NCBI GenBank assembly: GCA_963792415.1
Contig: CAWBVY010000004.1
Span: 192,001 to 256,000 of the forward strand
DNA from: Candidatus Deferrimicrobiaceae bacterium
GTDB lineage: Bacteria > Desulfobacterota > Deferrimicrobia > Deferrimicrobiales > Deferrimicrobiaceae
Reading direction: 5' to 3'
DNA: 64,000 nucleotides
Positions within the stretch are counted from its first letter, which is position 1; every line of letters starts with the position of its first letter. Of this stretch, positions 52,198 to 62,270 are shown piece after piece. The notes under the pieces are model-generated. The model saw only the letters and a list, made by a program, of their open reading frames with translations, had not been told where the DNA came from and searched no databases. A program made the position numbers and the translations under genes.

Positions 52198-53202
52198 ATG
52201 CCCCGGCTCAAAATGAATGCGGTTGCCTGGGGGGTGCTCGCCGTGTTGGGCGTCGCGGCCCCCTTCCTCGTGTATCCGGTGTTCGCGATGAAGATCCTCT
52301 GTTTCGCACTGTTCGCGTGCGCGTTCAACCTGCTCCTGGGCTACTCCGGCCTCCTCTCCTTCGGGCACGCGGCGTTCCTCGGCACCGCCGGGTACGTCAC
52401 GGGCCACACCGTCAAGGCCCTCGGGTTCCCACCGGAGGTCGGCATCCTCGCAGGCACCGCGACGGCCGCGGTGCTCGGGTACGTCGTCGGCAGCCTGGCG
52501 ATACGGCGCTCGGGGATCTACTTCGCGATGATCACGTTGGCCCTGGCGCAGATGGTGTACTTCATGTGTCTGCAGATGCCCTTCACGGGAGGGGAGGACG
52601 GGCTGCAGGGGGTGCCTCGCGGGAAGCTTTTCGGCGCGATCGACCTGATGCAGCCCCTGTACATGTACTACTTCGTGTTCGGGATCTTCATGGTGGGGTT
52701 CCTGGTCATCTACCGGACGATCCATTCCCCGTTCGGCCAGGTGCTCAAGGCGATCCGGGAGAACGAGCCGAGGGCGATCTCCCTCGGTTACGACGTGGAG
52801 AAATATAAACTGACCGCGTTCGTGCTCTCGGCGGCCCTTTCGGGCCTGGCGGGGGCGACCAAGACCCTGGTCTTCCAGCTGGCGTCTCTCACCGATGTGC
52901 ACTGGCACATGTCGGGGGAAGTGGTGCTGATGACCCTGCTGGGCGGGATGGGGACGGTATTCGGGCCCGTCGTCGGCGCGATCGTCGTGGTCAGCCTGCA
53001 GAACTACGGCGCGAATATCGGCCAATGGGTGATCGTGATCACCGGTACGATCTTCGTCATCTGCGTGCTGGCGTTCCGCCGGGGGATCGTGGGCGAGATC
53101 GCGGCGCTGTTCAAGGAGGTCTCTCCCGCCGTTGCAGGAGGGGGGGGGCCGGATCAGCCCGAGCCGCGGAAACCCGCGGCCCGGACCCCGGGCGTCACCT
53201 GA
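52198..53202 (+). CDS. HAAT ABC permease (LivM-like)
   Basis: GLLSFGHAAF, TGGEDG, AIRENE, GGMGT..GP. Confidence 0.92.
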   Translation: MPRLKMNAVAWGVLAVLGVAAPFLVYPVFAMKILCFALFACAFNLLLGYSGLLSFGHAAFLGTAGYVTGHTVKALGFPPEVGILAGTATAAVLGYVVGSLAIRRSGIYFAMITLALAQMVYFMCLQMPFTGGEDGLQGVPRGKLFGAIDLMQPLYMYYFVFGIFMVGFLVIYRTIHSPFGQVLKAIRENEPRAISLGYDVEKYKLTAFVLSAALSGLAGATKTLVFQLASLTDVHWHMSGEVVLMTLLGGMGTVFGPVVGAIVVVSLQNYGANIGQWVIVITGTIFVICVLAFRRGIVGEIAALFKEVSPAVAGGGGPDQPEPRKPAARTPGVT

Positions 53203-53268
53203 TCGGCGTACCCGACGAGGGTCTCCCGGAACCTCCCGGTCGTCCGTTCTGCCTCCGTTCGATCCGCT

Positions 53269-54663
53269 TTACCACTCCGCGCGACGGTGTTCCGCGTGGC
53301 GGGGAGACGGCTTGCTCGCTCCGAATCCCGGAGTCCACTTCGAATCGCGACGCGAGCGGCCCGGGCGGCCGTCGGGACGCGTGCCGGAGGCGTCGTGCTT
53401 TCTCCGGGGGTTCGGCACGTTGTTGGGGTGCGCCGCCGCGCCGTGCGCCTGCCGCGGGTCGAGGTTCGTCGGTGTCCCGGCGCCGTACCCGGAGCGGTAC
53501 GGATGGTCCTCCACCACCGGAAGGTGTTTGCGGATGAGCCGCTCGATATCGGCGAGGAAGGGGCGCTCGTCGACGGAGCAGAACGACAGCGCGATCCCGG
53601 AGGCGCCGGCCCGCCCCGTGCGCCCGATCCGGTGGACGTAGCTTTCCGGCTCGTTGGGGAGGTCGAAGTTGACCACGTGCGACAGGTCGACGATGTCGAG
53701 GCCCCGGGCGGCGATGTCCGTCGCCACGAGCACTCTCGTCACGCCCCGCTTGAAGCTCGCCAGCGCCTTCTCTCGCGCGTTCTGCGACTTGTTTCCGTGG
53801 ATCGCCTCGGCCCGGACCGCGTACCGCTCGAGCTGCCTGGTGACCGCATCGGCCCCGTGCTTGGTGCGCGTGAAGACGAGCGCGTTCTTGATGGAAGGTC
53901 CGTCCAGCAGGTGCTTGAGGAGCTTGATCTTTTCGGATTTCTCGACGTAGTGGATCCGCTGCTCCACGGCCTCGGCGGGAGTCGCAACCGGGGTCACGGC
54001 CACCCGGATCGGATCGCGGAGGATCGTGTCCGCCAGCCCCTGGATCTCCCTCGGCATCGTCGCCGAGAAAAAGAGGGTCTGCCGCTTCGCGGGCAGCTGG
54101 TCGATGACGCGCCGGATGTCGTGGATGAAGCCCATGTCCAGCATCCGGTCGGCCTCGTCGAGGACGAACGTCTCGACGTTCTTGAGCTGCACGAGTCCCT
54201 GGGACATCAGGTCGAGGAGACGCCCGGGCGTGGCGACGAGGATGTCGATCCCCCGCCGGAGCGCCTGCGACTGGGGCCCCTGGTTGACGCCGCCGAAGAC
54301 GATGGCGTGCTTGAGGGGCGTGTACCGGCCGTACTCGCCGAAGCTCGCGGCGATCTGGGAAGCCAGTTCCCGCGTCGGCGTCAGCACGAGGACGCGGATG
54401 GGACGGCGTCCGGTCCCCCTCCACGGGGTACCCTGGAGGCGGTGGAGGATCGGAAGGGCGAAGGCGGCCGTCTTTCCGGTGCCGGTCTGCGCGCAGCCGA
54501 TCAGGTCCTTCCCCTCGAGCACGATGGGGATCGCCTTCTCCTGGATGGGGGTGGGTACGGTGTACTTCTTCTCCGCGACGGCGCGGAGGATCTCGGGGCG
54601 GAGCCCGAACGCTTCAAACGACATGTTCTCTTCGAGCGGTTTCTGTTCCTGCATGTTCTGCAC
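53269..54663 (-). CDS. DEAD-box RNA helicase (RhlE-like; start may be 54654 or 54624)
   Basis: [29 protein letters not shown]. Confidence 0.95.
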   Translation of the reverse strand: MQNMQEQKPLEENMSFEAFGLRPEILRAVAEKKYTVPTPIQEKAIPIVLEGKDLIGCAQTGTGKTAAFALPILHRLQGTPWRGTGRRPIRVLVLTPTRELASQIAASFGEYGRYTPLKHAIVFGGVNQGPQSQALRRGIDILVATPGRLLDLMSQGLVQLKNVETFVLDEADRMLDMGFIHDIRRVIDQLPAKRQTLFFSATMPREIQGLADTILRDPIRVAVTPVATPAEAVEQRIHYVEKSEKIKLLKHLLDGPSIKNALVFTRTKHGADAVTRQLERYAVRAEAIHGNKSQNAREKALASFKRGVTRVLVATDIAARGLDIVDLSHVVNFDLPNEPESYVHRIGRTGRAGASGIALSFCSVDERPFLADIERLIRKHLPVVEDHPYRSGYGAGTPTNLDPRQAHGAAAHPNNVPNPRRKHDASGTRPDGRPGRSRRDSKWTPGFGASKPSPRHAEHRRAEW

Positions 54664-55004
54664 TTCTCCTTAGAGTTTTTTCACCAAGCACAAGCCGGTG
54701 GGCGGGACAGTGTGCCCGTCCGATCTTCCGCACGGTGAAATCTCGGGAGAAGCTGGATGACCCGGCCGGGGTGCCGGGTAGCTCCTTCGAAAGGACCCTT
54801 GGGGGAGAGGATTGCGTCTGGGATATTTGAACTGACGACACCATACCACCTTGGCGCCGGATCCGCAAGCGATCTCTTTCGGGGGATTTCCGGCCCGGAG
54901 CGACTCCCCCCCCCCCCCTTCCCTCCGGAATCGTTCGGTCCCCGCCGGCAATCCTATGGTCGGACGCCGCGGAAGAGAACGGTGCCCGGGACGGGGACAG
55001 GCAC

Positions 55005-55799
55005 GTGACAAGCTGGTGGGAACTATTCCTGATCGTATGGGGGGGCGCCGCCGCAGGGATGGCGGTGTTGCACATCGTCCAGCGGATCCGTCGCGACGCC
55101 GGGATCGTCGACGTTGGGTGGGCGGCCGGCGTCGGGCTTTCGGCCCTCTTTTACGCCATCGTCTCCGGCGGGGATCCGGTCCGCCGCGCGGTACTGGCGG
55201 TCCTCGGCGGGGTCTGGGGGTTCCGCCTGGCCGGGTACCTCCTCGTCGACCGGGTGTTGCGCGACCGCGAGGACGGGCGGTACGCCGCGATGCGGGAAGC
55301 GTGGGGGGAGCGCGCGCAGCGCAACCTCTTCCTCTTCTTCCAGGCGCAGGCGTTCTGGGTCGCCCTTTTCTCGCTGCCGTTCCTGGGGGTCGCCGCGAAC
55401 GGGGCCCCCTTCCCGGGGCCGATCGATGTCGCCGGGATCGCCGTCTGGCTCCTCTCGGTGGCGGGCGAGGGGGTGGCCGACGCGCAGCTCTCCAGGCACC
55501 GGCGCGACCCCGGAAACCGGGGGAAGACGTGCCGGTCCGGGCTGTGGCGCTACTCCCGGCACCCGAACTACTTCTTCGAGTGGCTCCACTGGTTCGCCTA
55601 TGTGCTGCTGGCGTGGGGATCGCCGTGGGCGGCCCTCTCGTGGCCGGGCCCCGTGGTGATGCTCCTCTTCCTGTACAAGGTCACCGGGATCCCCTACACC
55701 GAGCGGCAGGCCCTCAGGAGCCGCGGCGACGACTACCGCCGGTACCAGGAGGAGACGAGCGCCTTCTTCCCGTGGTTCCCGAAGGAGAGGGAGCCGTGA
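55005..55799 (+). CDS. DUF1295 (steroid 5-alpha reductase-like) membrane protein
   Basis: VDVGW, EDGRY, ADAQL, GLWRYSRHPNYFFE. Confidence 0.9.
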   Translation: MTSWWELFLIVWGGAAAGMAVLHIVQRIRRDAGIVDVGWAAGVGLSALFYAIVSGGDPVRRAVLAVLGGVWGFRLAGYLLVDRVLRDREDGRYAAMREAWGERAQRNLFLFFQAQAFWVALFSLPFLGVAANGAPFPGPIDVAGIAVWLLSVAGEGVADAQLSRHRRDPGNRGKTCRSGLWRYSRHPNYFFEWLHWFAYVLLAWGSPWAALSWPGPVVMLLFLYKVTGIPYTERQALRSRGDDYRRYQEETSAFFPWFPKEREP

Positions 55800-56830
55800 G
55801 CCTGGGGGCGACGCTCGCCGAGCGGGGATATCTCCCCGATTCCGTGGTCCGCTACGGCATCCGGCGCCTCGACCGGAAACGGCTTCGGGCCGAGGACCGG
55901 GGGAGCCCGGAGCGGAACCGGGAGGCGGTGCGGGAGTTCGCGGCGCGCCTCGCGGAGAGTCCCCTCGCGCTCCACACGCGGGAGGCGAACGAGCAGCATT
56001 ACGAGCTTCCGCCCGCGTTCTTCGCCCGGGTGCTCGGTCCCCGGATGAAGTACAGCGGCTGCTACTGGCCGGCCGGCGTCTCCACGCTCGGCGCGGCCGA
56101 AGAGGCGATGCTGGACCTCACCTGCCGGCGGGCGGGGATCGCGGACGGGATGGAGGTGCTCGAGCTCGGTTGCGGCTGGGGGTCGCTGACGCTCTGGATC
56201 GCCGAGAGGTACCCGCGGTGCCGTGTCGTCGCCGTCTCGAACTCCTCCCCCCAGCGGCTCCACATCGAGGCGGCCGCGGCGGCCCGGGGAATCCGCAATG
56301 TGGAGGTTCGCACCGCAGACATGAACGACTTCGACCCGGGGCGCCGCTTCGACCGGGTCGTCTCGGTCGAGATGTTCGAGCACATGCGGAACTGGCCGCT
56401 CCTGATGCGCCGCATCGCATCGTGGCTGGACGACGGGGGGAAGCTGTTCGTCCACATCTTCTCGCACGCGCGCCTCCCGTACCTGTACGAGCCCGACGGG
56501 GACGACGACTGGATGGGGCGGTACTTCTTCACCGGGGGGATGATGCCGTCGGACGACCTCCTCCTGCGCTTCCAGGAACACCTCTCCGTGGAGGACCACT
56601 GGGTCGTCGACGGGACCCATTACGAGAAGACGGCCGACGCGTGGCTGGGGAACCTGGACCGCGCGCGGGACGAGCTCCTGCCGGTCCTCGCGTCCGTTTA
56701 CGGGGAGAGGAACGCACCCCTGTGGTTCCGGCGGTGGAGGATCTTCTTCCTGGCGTGCTCGGAATTGTGGGGGTACGACGGCGGCCGGGAGTGGGTCGTC
56801 TCCCACTACCGATTCGGCAGGAGAAGCTGA
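55796..56830 (+). CDS. Cfa-like SAM-dependent methyltransferase
   Basis: GTG start overlapping the upstream TGA; ANEQHYE, LELGCGWG, SVEMFEHMRN. Confidence 0.9.
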   Translation: MSLGATLAERGYLPDSVVRYGIRRLDRKRLRAEDRGSPERNREAVREFAARLAESPLALHTREANEQHYELPPAFFARVLGPRMKYSGCYWPAGVSTLGAAEEAMLDLTCRRAGIADGMEVLELGCGWGSLTLWIAERYPRCRVVAVSNSSPQRLHIEAAAAARGIRNVEVRTADMNDFDPGRRFDRVVSVEMFEHMRNWPLLMRRIASWLDDGGKLFVHIFSHARLPYLYEPDGDDDWMGRYFFTGGMMPSDDLLLRFQEHLSVEDHWVVDGTHYEKTADAWLGNLDRARDELLPVLASVYGERNAPLWFRRWRIFFLACSELWGYDGGREWVVSHYRFGRRS

Positions 56831-57342
56831 CCCGGACCTTCCACCCGCTCGGAGAGCCGCACAAGGAGCGGCACCGACGCCGCCCAGACCACGGCCAGCA
56901 ACACCAGCCCGAAACGGATCCCCCCCGGGAACGACAATGCCCCCAGGCGTGCGCCGGCATAGTAGGCTCCGGGGCCCGCCACCGCGCCGAGAACCGCGGA
57001 GAGCGCGGTCTTTCCCCGCAGGAACCGCATCGACACCGTCACCGCGGCGCCGAAGTTCGGCCACAGGGCGAAAAGCCACAAGGGGGGAAGTGGCGCCGGG
57101 ACCGCGTCCCGCGCCGGGGCGGTGGCGCCGATCGCGGAAAGCGCCGTTTCGACGAGCAGCCCCAGGACGGCCGCGGCGGCCAGGAGGAGCGCCTGCCTCT
57201 TTCGATTTTCCGAGAGGGCAAGATGGAGCGTCACCGCGGCGGCCACCACGGCGGGACCAAGGAAGAACCTTCCGTTCGCGGCCCCGAGGACGCAGGCGAA
57301 CCATCCGGCCTGGAATGCGACGAGGTTCACGAGAAGGCGCAT
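56806..57342 (-). CDS. DUF2878 family membrane protein
   Basis: NLVAFQAGWFACV, PLWL..LW, GP..Y.AG. Confidence 0.82.
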   Translation of the reverse strand: MRLLVNLVAFQAGWFACVLGAANGRFFLGPAVVAAAVTLHLALSENRKRQALLLAAAAVLGLLVETALSAIGATAPARDAVPAPLPPLWLFALWPNFGAAVTVSMRFLRGKTALSAVLGAVAGPGAYYAGARLGALSFPGGIRFGLVLLAVVWAASVPLLVRLSERVEGPGQLLLPNR

Positions 57343-57366
57343 CGCCGTCGGCCGGGGAAGAACGGG

Positions 57367-58653
57367 TCAGTCCGCGGGAAGCGGGGGAAGGAGAGGCGCC
57401 TCCCGCCACCGCGGGCGGGAAAAGAGCATCTGCACGTCCCCGTTGTACCGCTCCCGGAACGACCCCTCGCAATAGGAGAGGTAATACTCCCATGACCGCG
57501 CGAACGGGTCGGGAAATCCTTGCTTCCGCACCTCGCGCAGGCGCGCCCGGAACCGTTCCCGCCACCTCTTGAGCGTCTCCGCGTAGTGCGGCGTGATGTC
57601 CTCGAGGTGGACCAGCCGCAGGTCGGTCCCCTTCGCCGCCGCCGCCGCGATGGCCGTCACCGAGGGGATGAAGGTTCCCGGGAAGATGTGCCGCTTGATG
57701 AAGTCCACCGTCCGGACATGGCGGTCGTACAGGTCGTCGCGGATCGTGATCGCCTGCAGGAGCAGCAGCCCGTCGGGTGCGAGCCGGTCCGCGCACGCCT
57801 TCATGAAGACCGGGAGATACGGTGCGCCCACCGCCTCGATCATCTCGACCGAAACGACCCGGTCGAAGGTTCCTTCCGCATCCCGGTAATCCTGGAGGCG
57901 GATCTCCACCCGGTCGGCGAGCCCCGTCTCCGCTACCCGCCGCGTCGCCTCCTCGTATTGCGCCCGGGACACGGTGATGCCGACGACCCGGCAGCCGTAG
58001 TTCGATGCGGCGTGGAGCGCGAATCCTCCCCACCCGCACCCGACCTCGAGGACCCGGTGGGCGGGCTTGAGGCGCAGCTTCCGGGCGATCCGGTCGAACT
58101 TGGCGATCGACGCCTCCTCGAGCGTGGCGTCGGCCCGCTCGAAGATCGCGCACGAGTACGCCATCGTGGGGTCGAGGAAGAGCCGGTAGAAATCGTTTCC
58201 CAGATCGTAATGCTGCGCGACGTTGCGACGGCTCCCGGCCCGGGTGTTCCGGCGGAGGCCGTGTGCCGCGCGGTATGCCCACCCGAGGAACCGGGCGGCG
58301 CCCGACTCCATCCCGGAGAGCGCCTCCTCGTTGCGGGCCATGATCCGCACCAGCGCCACGAGGTCGTCGCACGCCCAGTCGCCGTCCGCATACGATTCGC
58401 CCGCCCCCACGCTTCCCCCGAGGACCGCCCGCCGGTAGAAGGAGGGGTTGCGGACGGTCACGGCCGCCCGGACGGGGAAATCCGGTGTGTTCCGGCCGAA
58501 CGTCCCGGCCCAACCCCCGTCGGACACCGCGATCTCCCCTTCGCGGATCCCGTCAAGCGTCCGTGCGAGAAGGTCCCGGCAGACGGCGTCCAGCCGCGGA
58601 ATCTTCCGGACCGACGCGGGGGACAGTGCGGTTTCCGCATACGATTTCGTCAT
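57367..58653 (-). CDS. Cyclopropane-fatty-acyl-phospholipid synthase family methyltransferase (UfaM-like)
   Basis: GESYADG, HYDLGNDFY, EVGCGWGG, SVEMIEAVG, IFPG, WEYYL.YCE. Confidence 0.92.
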   Translation of the reverse strand: MTKSYAETALSPASVRKIPRLDAVCRDLLARTLDGIREGEIAVSDGGWAGTFGRNTPDFPVRAAVTVRNPSFYRRAVLGGSVGAGESYADGDWACDDLVALVRIMARNEEALSGMESGAARFLGWAYRAAHGLRRNTRAGSRRNVAQHYDLGNDFYRLFLDPTMAYSCAIFERADATLEEASIAKFDRIARKLRLKPAHRVLEVGCGWGGFALHAASNYGCRVVGITVSRAQYEEATRRVAETGLADRVEIRLQDYRDAEGTFDRVVSVEMIEAVGAPYLPVFMKACADRLAPDGLLLLQAITIRDDLYDRHVRTVDFIKRHIFPGTFIPSVTAIAAAAAKGTDLRLVHLEDITPHYAETLKRWRERFRARLREVRKQGFPDPFARSWEYYLSYCEGSFRERYNGDVQMLFSRPRWREAPLLPPLPAD

Positions 58654-58697
58654 GCGCACCCTTTCCGGATCCCGGGGAACCTTTTGTCTGGCGTACT

Positions 58698-59441
58698 TTA
58701 AGGATGGTCGTGGAAGGGGGCTCGTTTCAAGGTGAGGCGAAGCGCCTGCCAGTGGATCGCCGCGACGACCTTCGCGGTCATGAAGGGGTGGCGCAGCAGG
58801 GCAGCGCGGAGGGACCGGGGGGTGATCTCCTCCCGGGAGAGCGCGAGGGTCGCGTCGAACAGGCGCGTTCCCCGCTCGAAGTTCGTCATGTGGACGTGGA
58901 TCTCCCGGCCCGGGTCCCGGAAGCGCCACTCGTACCGCAGGTCCATCGGCATGAACGGGGAGACGTGGAACGCCTTTTCGAAGGAGAAGAACCGCCACGG
59001 CGGTTTCCCTTCCCCCTCCCGGGAAGGGAGGACGTAGAGGTGCCGTTCCTTCCACGGCGTGTTGCTCACGTCGGCCACGAACGTCTCGACGGCCTCGCCG
59101 GCCGGGTCGAAGCAGTAGAAGAAGCTCACCGGGTTGAAGCAGTGCCCGAAGTAGCGCAGGTGGGTGAGGAGCCGGACCGGCCCCGCCGGCCGTTTCCCGG
59201 TCTTCCCCTCCACGAGGTCCCGGACCGCCGTGTCGAGGGGGACCGACGGGTCGCCGAACTGGTCGGAACGCCGGAAGACCGCCGGGGTCCGCCCTTCCAC
59301 GGAGAAGAGCCGCGACCCCTCGAAGATGCGCGGGAGCTCGGCGAGGTCGAGGTACACGAAGAAGAGCTGGTACCGGAACGCGTTCGCGACGGGGGCGAAC
59401 CGGCGGTGGCGCACCCACCCGCGGTAGAGGGCGCTGTTCAC
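58698..59441 (-). CDS. DUF1365 family protein (UfaO-like)
   Basis: Y.G.V.HRR, FNPVSF, VSNTPW.ERH, K.FHVSPF, IHWQA. Confidence 0.9.
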   Translation of the reverse strand: MNSALYRGWVRHRRFAPVANAFRYQLFFVYLDLAELPRIFEGSRLFSVEGRTPAVFRRSDQFGDPSVPLDTAVRDLVEGKTGKRPAGPVRLLTHLRYFGHCFNPVSFFYCFDPAGEAVETFVADVSNTPWKERHLYVLPSREGEGKPPWRFFSFEKAFHVSPFMPMDLRYEWRFRDPGREIHVHMTNFERGTRLFDATLALSREEITPRSLRAALLRHPFMTAKVVAAIHWQALRLTLKRAPFHDHP

Positions 59442-60688
59442 GAGGGAAGATCCATGCCGAGGGCGCGCGTCACGGCGAGGGCGCTGTTGACGCCGTCCTC
59501 GTGGAACCCGTACCCCCAGTACGCCCCGCAGAACCAGGTGCGGCGGACGCCGTTGATCTCGCCCCACCGGGACTGTGCGGCGAGCGCCTCCGCGGTGTAG
59601 ACGGGGTGGTGGTAGACCGTCCGGTAGAGTACGCGCGACGGGTCGACCGCCTCCTCCCGGTTCAGGGTGACGAGGAACTCCTCGGGGGCCCGGTACCCCT
59701 GCAGGATGCTCATGTCGTACGTGACGACGGCGCGCCCGCCCCGTCCCGGGAGCCGGTGGAAGTTCCATGCGGCCCACGCCTTCCGCCGCTTCGGCAACAG
59801 GGATGCGTCGGTGTGCAGCAGCGTGTCGTTCTCCTGGTACGGGATCGCGCCGAGGATCGCCTTCTCCGCCGCGCCCGGGTCGGAGAGGAGCGCGAGCGCC
59901 TGGTCGCTGTGCGTCGCCACCACCACCTGGTCGAAGGAGCGGGTTTCACCCCCCGCCAGATGAACGTCGACGCCGTCTTCCCGGCGGCGGATCGACGCGA
60001 CCTCGGCGTCCGTCGCGATCCGGTCGCGGAACGTCGCGGTCATCGGCTCCAGGTACCCACGCGATCCCCCTTCGATCACGCGCCACCCGGGCTGGCCCTC
60101 CTGCTCGAGAAAGCGGTGGTTCGCGAAGAAGCGGACGAAAAACCGCAGGGGGACGTTCCGGAACCGCTCCGGGTCGGCCGACCAGATCGCCGCCCCCATG
60201 GGGATCAGGAACTCCTCGATGAAGGCGGTCGAATATCCCCCTTGCCCGAGATACTCCCCGAGGGTGGTCTCGTAACCGGTCCCCGCGAGGATCGCGGGCA
60301 TCTCCCTGCGGAAGCGGAGGGCGTCCCGGAGCATCCGCCAGAAGGCGGGCCGGAACAGGTTCCTGCGCTGGGCGAAGAGGGTGCCGAACGTCGACGGGCA
60401 ATACTCCAGCCCGGTCCCCTCGCACTTGACCGAGAAACTCATCGTCGCCTCCTTCGTCCCCACCCCGAGGATCGAAAGGATCCGCGTGAAGTTCGGGTAC
60501 GTCTCCCGGTTGTGGACGATGAACCCGGTGTCGACGGGCCAGGTGCGGCCCCCGGCGGGGGCGTCGACCGTGTTCGTGTGACCGCCGACGCGGGAATCCT
60601 TTTCGAACACGGAGACCTCGTGCTCCCGCGACAGGGTCCACGCGGCGACGAGCCCGGAAACTCCCGCGCCCACGACGGCGATCCTCAT
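59438..60688 (-). CDS. FAD-dependent oxidoreductase (UfaD-like)
   Basis: GAGVSG, GGHTNT, DTGFIV.N..YPN, GAYWGYGFHEDG. Confidence 0.9.
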   Translation of the reverse strand: MRIAVVGAGVSGLVAAWTLSREHEVSVFEKDSRVGGHTNTVDAPAGGRTWPVDTGFIVHNRETYPNFTRILSILGVGTKEATMSFSVKCEGTGLEYCPSTFGTLFAQRRNLFRPAFWRMLRDALRFRREMPAILAGTGYETTLGEYLGQGGYSTAFIEEFLIPMGAAIWSADPERFRNVPLRFFVRFFANHRFLEQEGQPGWRVIEGGSRGYLEPMTATFRDRIATDAEVASIRRREDGVDVHLAGGETRSFDQVVVATHSDQALALLSDPGAAEKAILGAIPYQENDTLLHTDASLLPKRRKAWAAWNFHRLPGRGGRAVVTYDMSILQGYRAPEEFLVTLNREEAVDPSRVLYRTVYHHPVYTAEALAAQSRWGEINGVRRTWFCGAYWGYGFHEDGVNSALAVTRALGMDLPS

Positions 60689-60719
60689 GGCCGGCCTTCC
60701 TGGCGCGCGTCTCCTCCGG

Positions 60720-61700
60720 TCATCGATCCCCCTTCGCGCCGTCGAGCCGCCGGCCCTCCGCGAGGACGGCCTCCGGTACCGGCGCGAGGTCCCGGACGAT
60801 CCCGAGGAGCGCGAGAGCCTGGAGAATGTAGAAAGTGGCGTCCACCTCCCACCAGTAGAACCCCTGCCGCGCCGAGACGGCGTACCGGTGGTGGTTGTTG
60901 TGCCACCCCTCCCCCAGCGTCAGGACCGCCAGCGCCGCGTTGTTCCGGCTGTCGTCCCCCGTCGGGAACCGCTGCGAGCCGATCATGTGGTCGAGGGAGT
61001 TGATCGTCGAGGTCGCGTGGAAGAGCACCGTCGTGGAGAGGAAGAAGCCCCAGACGAGCATCTGGAGGCCGCTGGTCCCGAGGTGGGGGGCGCGGACCGA
61101 GAGAATCGCCCCCGCCCCGTAGAGGCCCGTCGCCAGCAGGACCGGGACGAGGGTGTCGAACCGGTCGAGGAAGCGCAGCTCGGGGAAGCGGGCGAAGTCG
61201 CCGACCAGGTCGAGCCGGGGGCGGAAGTTCCGCGTGGAGAGGATCCACCCGACGTGGCTCCACCAGAACCCTTGCCGCCGGGGGGAGTGGATGTCCTCCT
61301 CCGTGTCCGAGTACCGGTGGTGGTGGCGGTGATGCCCCGCCCACCACAGCGGACCGCGCTGGACCGCCGTGCTCCCCAGGACCGCAAAGATGAGCTGGAC
61401 GGGCCGGGAGAGCCGGTAGGCGTTGTGGCAGAAGTAGCGGTGGTAGATCCCGGTGACGGCGAACATCCGGACGAGGTAGAGGGCGACGGCCGTCCAGACG
61501 GCGACGGGACTCCATCCGACGACGAAAATGCCCAGGCAGGCCAGATGCAGCGCGAGGAACGGGACGACGCGGAATCCGTCGAGGCGCTTTTCGGAGACGG
61601 AGACGATCTCCTCCGCTCCGGCCCAGGAGTCGAACCACCGGGCGAAGGAGAGCAGGACGTGTCGCACGCCGCCTCCCTTAGCGGTTTTCCGGTCCGCCAC
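60720..61700 (-). CDS. Acyl-CoA/acyl-lipid membrane desaturase (delta-9 type)
   Basis: His boxes HRYFCH, HRHHH, HNNHH; GEGW. Confidence 0.92.
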   Translation of the reverse strand: MADRKTAKGGGVRHVLLSFARWFDSWAGAEEIVSVSEKRLDGFRVVPFLALHLACLGIFVVGWSPVAVWTAVALYLVRMFAVTGIYHRYFCHNAYRLSRPVQLIFAVLGSTAVQRGPLWWAGHHRHHHRYSDTEEDIHSPRRQGFWWSHVGWILSTRNFRPRLDLVGDFARFPELRFLDRFDTLVPVLLATGLYGAGAILSVRAPHLGTSGLQMLVWGFFLSTTVLFHATSTINSLDHMIGSQRFPTGDDSRNNAALAVLTLGEGWHNNHHRYAVSARQGFYWWEVDATFYILQALALLGIVRDLAPVPEAVLAEGRRLDGAKGDR

Positions 61701-62133
61701 GGCTACGTTTCTCCATAAAGTTCCCGAACGCCGCCCGGATCGCCCCGACCCGGCGGCGGTTGACGCCGAGATCCCAGTACCCCTTCCGCGATGCGGAGCG
61801 GACGTGGATCACCCCGGCGGCCTCGTCGATCCGGAATTCCACGTCGTCCACGAACCCGAGGAGCGATCGGAACTCCGCCCGGACTTCCATCCCGGAAGAG
61901 TCTGTGACGACGGCGCGGGGGAAGGAGCGCACGGCCGCTTCGATCCCCGCCCGGGCCTCCGCTGCCGTCCCGGCGAACGGGATCGGGTCGACCCGGCGGT
62001 CCGGATCGGGGTCATGGCTCGACACGCAATTGGGGGACGACGGGCAGGGCGGAAGATCGGCATCCCCGGCCCCGGCGGCCGAGACGAGGAGGGACATGCC
62101 CGGAACGAGAAGGAAGATCAGCAGGGTCCGCAT
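61678..62133 (-). CDS. DUF1499 family exported protein
   Basis: Signal peptide, CPSSPNCVSS, FVDDVEF, RSASR.G..DLGVN. Confidence 0.88.
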   Translation of the reverse strand: MRTLLIFLLVPGMSLLVSAAGAGDADLPPCPSSPNCVSSHDPDPDRRVDPIPFAGTAAEARAGIEAAVRSFPRAVVTDSSGMEVRAEFRSLLGFVDDVEFRIDEAAGVIHVRSASRKGYWDLGVNRRRVGAIRAAFGNFMEKRSRGGPENR

Positions 62134-62270
62134 GGAGATATTACATCATGCTTCCCTCCCGGCGGCCAATGGGGACCTCCGGCTCGCTTCGTCGGGACGC
62201 TCGCATCGAGCGGCATTCGCGGGACGCCCTTGTCGAACCCGGGTGCGGTGCGCCGGGGTATAATCCCGAC

